Assembly: GCA_045538455.1 (NCBI GenBank)
Contig: JAZSRL010000008.1
Location: 9,162 to 73,161, forward strand
Reading direction: 5' to 3'
Length of the DNA: 64,000 bases
From: Clostridia bacterium
Lineage (GTDB): Bacteria; Bacillota; Clostridia; Christensenellales; UBA1242
Positions 10,132 through 17,578 of the stretch are shown piece after piece; the stretch's first letter is position 1, and every line of letters starts with the position of its first letter. Below the pieces are notes generated by a model. That model saw only the letters and a program-made list of their open reading frames with translations, was not told the origin of the DNA and ran no database searches. The translations under genes and the position numbers were made by a program.

Positions 10132-10542
10132 CTAAAATTTCTTTATTTTATTCTTTACTGTTTCAAAGAATAATTTATGTGTGTCGGGGTATGTTAAATC
10201 TCGAGGGAGGTCATCAAATACACCAATTTCAGACATCTCGAAATTTGGAAGTTCTCCAAGTTCTTCAATTTCCACATAACACAATAAAGCATAAGATGAA
10301 ATCTTATACACACAAATCGGCGTTACATTAATTTTTGTAGCACCTGTTTCTTCGAACATCTCCCTTTTTGCAGCAGTTAACCAATCTTCACCTTTTTCTA
10401 TATGCCCACCAGGTATTTCCCAGCCATTTCGATTTTTATTTCTAGCAAAAACCCATTTTCCATGGTACTCAGATACACAAACAACTCGTGTATATTCTTT
10501 ATCAGAAACATACCCTAAATTAAATATTTTTACATCTAACAT
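10132..10542 (-). CDS. NUDIX hydrolase
   Basis: Nudix box GGHIEKGEDWLTAAKREMFEETG. 136 aa. Confidence 0.88.
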   Translation of the reverse strand: MLDVKIFNLGYVSDKEYTRVVCVSEYHGKWVFARNKNRNGWEIPGGHIEKGEDWLTAAKREMFEETGATKINVTPICVYKISSYALLCYVEIEELGELPNFEMSEIGVFDDLPRDLTYPDTHKLFFETVKNKIKKF

Positions 10543-10785
10543 TAAATGCCTCGATTTATTAGTTTAAGATATTTTATTGGTATAACAAATTAAAATTTTT
10601 TATTTTTAAATTTTGTTCAGCATATTCAATCTAGAAACACTAAGGTAAAAACAAACAAGGCATTGTGATTTTGCATAAAAAAGCCAGTTATTCACTGACT
10701 ATCTTATGATTAAAATACCCGTTACCCCATTCACAAAGATGTATTCAACTCTTTTGGGTTCTAACACAAACACAATTGACTGATT

Positions 10786-10839
10786 ATAAAAAATATGATT
10801 TAACAAACTGCAAAAGTTCGTATTATTTACTTTTGGCGG
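10786..10839 (+). repeat. Junction repeat copy B
   Basis: ...AACAAACTGCAAAAGTTCGTATTATTTACTTTTGGCGG aligns with copies at 18794-18846 and 22212-22259. Confidence 0.8.
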
Positions 10840-10913
10840 TACGGAGGTAATGTAAATTGATTATTTGTGCCGCAAATTTATAATTCTATTTTTTTTGTCT
10901 TTGTAAATCAAAA
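10833..10913 (+). repeat. Composite duplicate of 7478-7540 joined to 8276-8298 (an 'empty' version of the 246-aa phosphatase locus)
   Basis: TTGGCGGTACGGAGGTAATGTAAATTGATTATTTGTGCCGCAAATTTATAATTCTATTTTTTTT differs from 7478-7540 at one position. It then continues as TTTTGTCTTTGTAAATCAAA, which matches 8276-8298. Confidence 0.85.
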
Positions 10914-10927
10914 TTATTTCGCAAGTT

Positions 10928-11530
10928 TCAAAAGCTTGCGCCCGTACCGATTTTTTTTGTAATTAATTCGTAGGCTTTTTTTACATCATATTCGTCTGTA
11001 ATCTTGATTTCCAAGTTTTTTATGGTTTGCAGCATTCGTTCTTTTGCTTGAAGAATAGTTGTACCATCCTTCCCAGCGAAATCTTCCAAATGTTCATACT
11101 CAAGCAATAAACCTAAACCTTCTACATTTTGCAAAGCCAATTCAACACCATCTTTTTCGTAAACCCAGTAATCATATTTGACCTGAACAAGTTCTTGAAA
11201 ATGTAACGCCAACAGTAATAATTTTGCTTGCTGAACATCATCAATGTTAACATTAATCTTTTCTTCCGTGAGTGTTACGTCTTCTTGAAAAACTTTGTTT
11301 TTGTATGTTAATTTTTGAAAGACGTCTTCACCGGCACGGATACAACGAACCAGAACACACCGTTTCAAGAAATCCGCAATATTATTTTCTCTTAGCCCAA
11401 ATAAACTTGGGCAAAAATAAGTGTCATCTATATACCCTACTTTACGTTGCTGATATCCAAGTTTTAACAATTTTTCTTTGACTTTGTCTATGTTTTCTAA
11501 CACACGCGTAGTAATCTCTATTTGTTTCAT
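10928..11530 (-). CDS. CYTH-like domain protein (class IV adenylate cyclase / triphosphatase family, tentative)
   Basis: 200 aa. The N-terminal KQIEITTRV resembles a degenerate ExExK strand, and a later LLLEYEH strand is also CYTH-like. Size fits CYTH. This is a weak motif-level call. Confidence 0.4.
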   Translation of the reverse strand: MKQIEITTRVLENIDKVKEKLLKLGYQQRKVGYIDDTYFCPSLFGLRENNIADFLKRCVLVRCIRAGEDVFQKLTYKNKVFQEDVTLTEEKINVNIDDVQQAKLLLLALHFQELVQVKYDYWVYEKDGVELALQNVEGLGLLLEYEHLEDFAGKDGTTILQAKERMLQTIKNLEIKITDEYDVKKAYELITKKIGTGASF

Positions 11531-11574
11531 AAAATGAATGTATCAAACAAATATTGCTTTGTCTATTTCAAACT

Positions 11575-11608
11575 AAAAAAACCTAAACCGAGATGTTCGA
11601 TTTAGGTT
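11575..11608 (-). terminator. Rho-independent terminator (junction element type 2, copy 2)
   Basis: AACCTAAACCGA-GATGT-TCGATTTAGGTT with a minus-strand T-run. It is positioned to terminate the R-M-like operon and the recombinase remnant. Confidence 0.7.
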
Positions 11609-12024
11609 TCTCTTGGCGGCATGTGGTCTAAATCGTTTGAACTATTTATCAAAACTGTTTCCGCTGTTTGTTTAACAGCGTCGATATCATCAGGGATTTC
11701 TTTTGGGGATAAGTGCGTATCAGAAAAGTTGTATGTTATTATTACTTTCTCGTTATCTACAATAATTTCGCGAATTAAATATCTGACTATCGTTTTTCGA
11801 GCAGAAATAAGTTTCATATCCCCTTTCATTGCAGATGTTAAATATTGTTTAATTTTCTCTGGTGTTAAATATACATAGTTCCTTTGTTTTTCTTGTTCTA
11901 TATCAAATTCATATTGCGAGATAATTGTTTCTAATTCCTTTAAGCGAGTTTTTGTTTGTTCCGTAATTATGGCGGAGCGAAGCGACGCCACTTGTATATA
12001 GACAAGCACACGTTTAACTGCCAA
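11602..12024 (-). pseudogene. C-terminal remnant of a large serine recombinase
   Basis: The translation (LKELETIISQYEFDIEQEK...IVRYLIREIIVDNEKVIITYNF) resembles the coiled-coil and C-terminal end of large serine recombinases. No catalytic N-terminal domain is present. The frame reads through the CCGCCA junction motif. Confidence 0.5.
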
Positions 12025-12070
12025 CTAATGAGTAATTGTACTTATATATTTATTTTATATGTTTACCAAA

Positions 12071-14578
12071 TTAAACTTTTTTCATGTCACTATAAGCGAT
12101 TGTTGTGTCCCAACCACCAACAAGCGCGCCTTCATGCTTATTAATTCCAGAATATGACAAACTACTATCCTCATATCGCCTAAACTGGAAAACTGCTTGA
12201 TTCATGAGTTCTGCATTAAACAATCCTAAACTTGTTAAAAGTTCAAAATCATTAACCTCTAAACCTGTAACTCTTTTAAATAAACCAGGTTCAAGTTGAG
12301 TAATGACATCTTTTAACACTTGTTCACGATAGTCAGTTAGATACATGAAGATAGGAATACGAGTCGCAAACTTAATAAGTTTTTCTTGAATTTGTTTTCT
12401 CTTTGATTTATATTCTTTTTCTTCTTCGGATATAGTTTTCTTTTCTTGTCGCGTTAAATCACGACCTTCATTAGTAGCATCTTTTTTTATTTTTTTTATT
12501 GCGTTAGATTTATTAACTATAATTTCAATATCACTTTGTAAATTAAGATTTCTGAATCCTTCGATACTCATAAGAGCAGTTAAAGCTCTCTCATTATTTA
12601 ATAATCTTTCCAATGTAATATTATCAACATTTACAAGACAAGCACTTTCCCATCGGCGAGCAAGTAAAGTTGCCGTTGTTCCACTAGTTGCAATATCCAA
12701 AAGTTCACCCGGACTAATATTTTTCATCGTCATGCCATCGTATGACAAAACTGGCAAGAACTGAATAAACTCAGCAACTTTTCTTTCTGGATTTATGTCA
12801 TCAATGTTCAAACGACAAGAATATTCTTCAATTTGTCTTAAAGCTCTATCAGGTGCAAAATCAAATATATAACATTCTTTTTTAATAATCTCATCTTCAT
12901 TGGGATTTAATCCAGTTGGATTTTTTAACACCCACGGTGATTGAACCCTAAATGCTGCCTGAAAGTATGATTCAGGACTAGAAAGATTGCGTAACATAAA
13001 AATACCCGTCCAAGGCTTAACTGTTACTCCTGTTGTTAGTTTACCACAAGACAATGTAATTGTTTTTGTATTAAGCGGATCACTTGTCATTGCTTTTTTT
13101 ACAGGATCTAACGCTGCAAGCCCCACCCCAGCCCTAGTTCCAGCAGATACGATAATTTTATATTCTTGATAAAATAAGTTTTGTCTTTCTTGCAATAAAT
13201 TCGCCATTGCATAACAACTCGCAACATTCGGCAAAAACCAAAAAGTATGTTGTAGAACTTCTTGTAAATTTGCCTTGTTAGTTGTGAATGGTAAGTATGC
13301 TTTTTCTGCGCCTTGTTTCAAATTATCAACAGTAGTTTCCAAATAATTACCACGTATCAAGTCAAGCCATTTTTGAACTTCTTCTTTGTAAACGAATTCA
13401 GCAGATTCATATTCGCCTCTTGCCGAAAAAAATGTATTTAAATCAAATTCATTATATTCACCTTTCAAAGCAACTTCTCGAATGCTTTCAGGGAGTTGAT
13501 AAGTCATCAAAACCATTCTCGGCAGACTTGCATATGGATTATTTTCTCCTTGCCAATTTTCTTTTTCTCTCTGTTCATCAGAATATGTCCAGTTATAAAT
13601 TTGTTCTTCAACAAACTCGCCATTAGCAATAGCCCTAAAAGGTGTTCCAGACAAATAAAGATAATACGAAGTTGTTATTGGCATAATTTGCTCAATATCA
13701 CTTTCACTTTGATTGTCGTTAAAAAGTTTGTTTGAAACATCTTTATCCAAGTCTTCTTTTTCAAAAAGATCTTTTGCGTTGTCACGCCAAGCACCAAAAT
13801 GATATTCATCAAAAACAACTAGGTCCCAATTTGTCGCATGTACCCATTCGTTTTTTGGTTTTATCATTCCGTCTTTTAATCCAAGATAATCTTGGAATGA
13901 CCCAAAACAAACGATAGGTTTATTTTTATCTAAATCATCAAACTTGTTTTGCGTATGCCTTGAAATAAATTGCCATCCTTCAAAATCCAAATGAGTATTC
14001 AAATCATTTTCCCAGGAACTTTCAACGGCAGGCTTGAAAGTTAAAATCAACACTCGCTTAAAATTCATTCTTTGTGCCAATTTGTATGTCGTAAAAGTTT
14101 TACCAAACCTCATTTTGGCATTCCACAAAAAGTGCGGAATTATTTTAGAATTTTCTTGTTTTATAGAATTAAAATATTTGGTTGTTTTTTCAATAGCAAG
14201 TTCTTGCTCTGGTCTAAGTTTAAAGTTTTGAGTTCTGCGTTCTTTATTTTCAATTCTGTTTTTAAGTGTAAAAACAGCACTTTGAACATCTCGAACATCA
14301 CATCTAAACCATTCACCATTGGGGTTATCAAAACCTTGTGCTTTTAATAATCGATGCACATCATGGTCCATAAAATATGAGCCATCTTCTCTCATACTGC
14401 TTTCCGAAAAAACAATTTTATATGGGAGTTCTCCAGGTCTAAGTGTTGGATATTGGTCAGCAACTCTTTGCTCAACATTTGTTGTGGTATATCCAACTTT
14501 AAGAAGACCTTTGTATAACTTATCTTCATAAGCATAAATTTGTGGTTTAATTTGTCGCGGAAAAAATTCTTTATTCAT
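12071..14578 (-). CDS. T5orf172/GIY-YIG-superfamily-like domain fused to an SF2 (ResIII-type) helicase; putative restriction/effector subunit
   Basis: N-terminus: IYAYEDKLYKGLLKVGYTTTNVEQRV...HDVHRLL...GEWFRCDV (T5orf172-like). Helicase motifs: MRFGKTFT (I), VVFDEYHFG (II) and LSGTPF (III). The ATG at 14578 overlaps the upstream stop by 8 nt. Confidence 0.75.
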   Translation of the reverse strand: MNKEFFPRQIKPQIYAYEDKLYKGLLKVGYTTTNVEQRVADQYPTLRPGELPYKIVFSESSMREDGSYFMDHDVHRLLKAQGFDNPNGEWFRCDVRDVQSAVFTLKNRIENKERRTQNFKLRPEQELAIEKTTKYFNSIKQENSKIIPHFLWNAKMRFGKTFTTYKLAQRMNFKRVLILTFKPAVESSWENDLNTHLDFEGWQFISRHTQNKFDDLDKNKPIVCFGSFQDYLGLKDGMIKPKNEWVHATNWDLVVFDEYHFGAWRDNAKDLFEKEDLDKDVSNKLFNDNQSESDIEQIMPITTSYYLYLSGTPFRAIANGEFVEEQIYNWTYSDEQREKENWQGENNPYASLPRMVLMTYQLPESIREVALKGEYNEFDLNTFFSARGEYESAEFVYKEEVQKWLDLIRGNYLETTVDNLKQGAEKAYLPFTTNKANLQEVLQHTFWFLPNVASCYAMANLLQERQNLFYQEYKIIVSAGTRAGVGLAALDPVKKAMTSDPLNTKTITLSCGKLTTGVTVKPWTGIFMLRNLSSPESYFQAAFRVQSPWVLKNPTGLNPNEDEIIKKECYIFDFAPDRALRQIEEYSCRLNIDDINPERKVAEFIQFLPVLSYDGMTMKNISPGELLDIATSGTTATLLARRWESACLVNVDNITLERLLNNERALTALMSIEGFRNLNLQSDIEIIVNKSNAIKKIKKDATNEGRDLTRQEKKTISEEEKEYKSKRKQIQEKLIKFATRIPIFMYLTDYREQVLKDVITQLEPGLFKRVTGLEVNDFELLTSLGLFNAELMNQAVFQFRRYEDSSLSYSGINKHEGALVGGWDTTIAYSDMKKV

Positions 14579-16079
14579 TAACACCTACTTCTGGTCGAAC
14601 CATACTTTCGATAAATGCAATTTCTTCATCAGTTAAGTTGTATTTTTGATAAAGTTCTTTATCAGTCCAAGGTTTTGTAAAGTCCTGCAAAGGAACAAAA
14701 CTATATACTGATTTTGGCGCCATCATAGTATTTTTTTGTAATGTTACTAGAAAATGAAAAAACTTAGTATTTATATAGGACATTAAATTTTTACATTCAC
14801 TTTTAGAATTCATAGGACCAAACACAACATAAGTTTCAGTACAACACGAACCAGGCTCTGAAAAAATAGGTTTTATCCAATCAGTTTTACTATCTCCAGA
14901 ACCTATCGCTCTTGGGACGATAACTTTATTTAAAGTAACCCATTTTTTATTGACCTGTACATCGTCTTCCGAAACATAGCCAACTTGTTGGTTAGCATAA
15001 ACTTTTATACAATTATCAAATTTTTCATTTTTACCTTTGAAATAAGTTCTTAAGCCAAAAGGTCTTTGAGAACTAATCATAAAATCAATAGTCTTTTCTT
15101 TATGTTTTTTTATTTTTCTTAAAATTGAAATAGAATTGTTATACCTAACAAAAACCTTACATCCATCTTCTAGTAAATACCTGTTCATTGATGATATAAC
15201 TTTATCTTCTATATGAGTATTAACACTACAGATACCTTCATTGTCCCGATCCCAAAGGAAATAACAAACACCACCTTTAATTTCTACACCAGAGAAACAA
15301 TCTGAAGAATTCAAATAATCATGCAAAATTCGAATCCTAGTATCTCTAAGCATTTCATCCCTAAAAGAGTCTAGGTTTCGACCTCCAGCAAACCAACGAG
15401 ATGGAATAATCATAGTCAAATATCTTGGATTTAGTTTTTTTGCTTGTTGCACAAAATAATTATATACGGGTATTGCACTCGCTTGTGCACCACCATCGCT
15501 TAACTGATATGGTGGATTTCCTATGATTACATCAAATTTCATATTAAATATTTCCTCCGGATTATAAGTGTGTATAAATTCATAAGCATGGACTTCCATG
15601 TCTTTTCTGCCATAAGTATTTACATTTTGTGAAACCCCACAATACTCACACCGAAAATCATCATCCCAACTATGTTGTAAGTTTGTGAACTTTATATTTC
15701 CATTCTCATTGTTAAACTTCTCTACAATCGAATATTTTCCATTCGCCGTTTTGGAGCAATACAAACTACGCCTTGATAATGAAGATGTCAGTTTAGTTAT
15801 CGCAATGCCATATAGTTGATTTGTAAAAATGTGGTTAATCCTTGTTTGTAAATCAGGCATATCCTTTTCTAATCCAACTAATAGTCTTTTTGCTATTTCC
15901 CTTAAAAAGACACCACTCTTGCAACACGGGTCTAAAAACTTTGAATCTTTATTTTGGAACAAATCTTGTGGCAATAAATCCAGCATTTGATTAACAATTT
16001 TAGGTGAAGTAAAAACTTCATCAGAAGATAAATTTGCTAGACAGCTCAACACGTCTGGATTATGTGTTTCTTTAACCAT
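14571..16079 (-). CDS. Eco57I-like gamma-class N6-adenine DNA methyltransferase with a C-terminal target-recognition region
   Basis: DEVFTSPKIV (motif X), FLDPCCKSGVFL (motif I), LYGIAI, and FDVIIGNPPYQ (motif IV). About 250 aa follow the catalytic core. Confidence 0.85.
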   Translation of the reverse strand: MVKETHNPDVLSCLANLSSDEVFTSPKIVNQMLDLLPQDLFQNKDSKFLDPCCKSGVFLREIAKRLLVGLEKDMPDLQTRINHIFTNQLYGIAITKLTSSLSRRSLYCSKTANGKYSIVEKFNNENGNIKFTNLQHSWDDDFRCEYCGVSQNVNTYGRKDMEVHAYEFIHTYNPEEIFNMKFDVIIGNPPYQLSDGGAQASAIPVYNYFVQQAKKLNPRYLTMIIPSRWFAGGRNLDSFRDEMLRDTRIRILHDYLNSSDCFSGVEIKGGVCYFLWDRDNEGICSVNTHIEDKVISSMNRYLLEDGCKVFVRYNNSISILRKIKKHKEKTIDFMISSQRPFGLRTYFKGKNEKFDNCIKVYANQQVGYVSEDDVQVNKKWVTLNKVIVPRAIGSGDSKTDWIKPIFSEPGSCCTETYVVFGPMNSKSECKNLMSYINTKFFHFLVTLQKNTMMAPKSVYSFVPLQDFTKPWTDKELYQKYNLTDEEIAFIESMVRPEVGVNE

Positions 16080-16715
16080 TTACATCCTCCTCTTTTAGGT
16101 TTAAGTAATGAACTAGTGGATAAGTTTTAATTGGCTTATCAACAAAGTCCCCTAAAATTTCTGATTGGTGTTTTCTTTTTTCTTGTACGGTAACAAGTTG
16201 CTCATACATAAAATCTCGCCGCTGTACTAAATTTCCTTTCACAAACGACCACTCAGCAAAAACTAATGGGTTACCGTCAACTGCCTTCATTGATAACGCA
16301 TCACCACATAAAATGTTTTTGAATAGAATAAATCTGACAATCTCTAAATAATCTTCTTTGATATTTTTTTTAAAAATACTCTTATAGCAATCTAAAAACA
16401 TACCATATAACCGATTAATACACTCTTCAACGTTATCCTGTAAAATATCAACTCCGTAAACCGACATCACTGCTATCAAACCATTCTTCTCATATTCCCA
16501 TTGACTCTTTTTATATCTTGCTTTAACTACTTCAAGTTTTCTTCGGAGTATTTCAATTAAAAAATTTCCATTACCACAAGCAGGCTCTAAAAAACGGCTA
16601 TCAATTCTTTCAGTTTCTTGCTTTACTAGGTCAAGCATTGCATTGACTTCACGTTCATTTGTGAACACTTCGCCATGATCTACAACTCTTTTTTTTGACC
16701 TAACTTGTGCCGACA
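16072..16715 (-). CDS. Methyltransferase-like protein lacking the (D/N)PPY catalytic motif (SAM-binding N-terminal half only)
   Basis: GEVFTNEREV (motif X), FLEPACGNGNFL (motif I), VYGVDI and NILCGDAL, but no NPPY before the stop. An AAGGAGA RBS precedes the ATG at 16715. There is an 8-nt overlap with the next gene. Confidence 0.65.
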
Positions 16716-16761
16716 TTTTTCTCCTTTGTTCACACCACAAGTTTTAGAAAATTTAATTTAC

Positions 16762-16901
16762 AAAGGTGTACCTTTACGGAATTCAAAAAAAAAGAAAAAA
16801 AGATAATACAAAAAACGACAATATGTGTTACACTGTTATTATAGATAAATAAAACACTAGAATTTTTAGTTAGAATTAAAATTCTATAAAGGTACACCTT
16901 T
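16762..16901. promoter_or_regulatory. Candidate invertible DNA segment bounded by 15-bp perfect inverted repeats (hix-like sites), carrying a promoter-like element
   Basis: AAAGGTGTACCTTTA (16762-16776) and TAAAGGTACACCTTT (16887-16901) are exact reverse complements. Each site is AAAGGT-NN-ACCTTT with an asymmetric core, GT in one and AC in the other. Inside the segment is GACA, 16 bp of spacer, then TGtTATTAT (16817-16842, + strand). Confidence 0.6.
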
Positions 16902-16907
16902 ATAAAA

Positions 16908-16937
16908 GCCCCACTCTATCTTGGTGAGGCTTTTTTT
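16908..16937 (+). terminator. Rho-independent terminator between the invertible segment and the invertase promoter
   Basis: GCCCCAC...GTGAGGC stem with one mismatch, followed by T7. Confidence 0.55.
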
Positions 16938-16945
16938 GTTATAAT
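16937..16945 (+). promoter_or_regulatory. Extended -10 promoter element of the invertase gene
   Basis: TGTTATAAT (TGnTATAAT) lies 19 nt upstream of the GAGGT RBS and the ATG at 16964. Confidence 0.5.
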
Positions 16946-16963
16946 CACTCGAGGTAAAAACAA

Positions 16964-17557
16964 ATGAAATATGGATATATTAGAGTTAGTACAAAAGAAC
17001 AAAACATTGATCGCCAACTTATAGAGATGCATGACTATGGTATTAGTGATGAAAACATCTATATTGACAAACAAAGTGGAAAAGACTTTAATCGTGTTAA
17101 TTATCAACTCTTAAAAAATAAAATTCAACCTGGCGATTTAATTGTCATCAAAAGTATTGACCGTCTAGGGAGAAATTATGATATGATCATAGACGAATGG
17201 AAAGATATTGTTAATCGTTGTAACAGCGACATTCTAGTTTTAGACATGCCACTACTAGACACTCGAACCGAAGGTAAAAATTTAGTCGGTAAATTTATTA
17301 GCAATATCGTGCTTGAAATTTTATCTTTTGTTGCAGAAAATGAACGTGATAACATTAGGAAACGCCAAGCTGAAGGCATACGGATCGCAAAACTACAAGG
17401 AAAACATTTAGGACGTCCCAAATATGTTTTACCCTCAAATTATAATGAAATAATTTTACTTTATGAAAATAAATCAATTTCACTTATTGAAACATTAACA
17501 AGATTAAAAATGAATAAATCAACTTTCTATAAATATCGTAAATTACAAAAAGTTTGA
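16964..17557 (+). CDS. Small serine recombinase (Hin/Gin/Pin-type DNA invertase or resolvase)
   Basis: MKYGYIRVSTKEQNIDRQ (catalytic Ser region), SIDRLGRN, ERDNIRKRQAEGI, and a C-terminal HTH-like tail. 197 aa. Confidence 0.9.
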   Translation: MKYGYIRVSTKEQNIDRQLIEMHDYGISDENIYIDKQSGKDFNRVNYQLLKNKIQPGDLIVIKSIDRLGRNYDMIIDEWKDIVNRCNSDILVLDMPLLDTRTEGKNLVGKFISNIVLEILSFVAENERDNIRKRQAEGIRIAKLQGKHLGRPKYVLPSNYNEIILLYENKSISLIETLTRLKMNKSTFYKYRKLQKV

Positions 17558-17578
17558 TTTATACTTTATTTCAAATAA

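Noticed and set aside
16916-17107. 63-aa (-) ORF overlapping the invertase start and the switch region.
   Set aside because: It is antisense to the well-supported invertase gene and its promoter, has an AT-rich low-complexity translation, and has no RBS.
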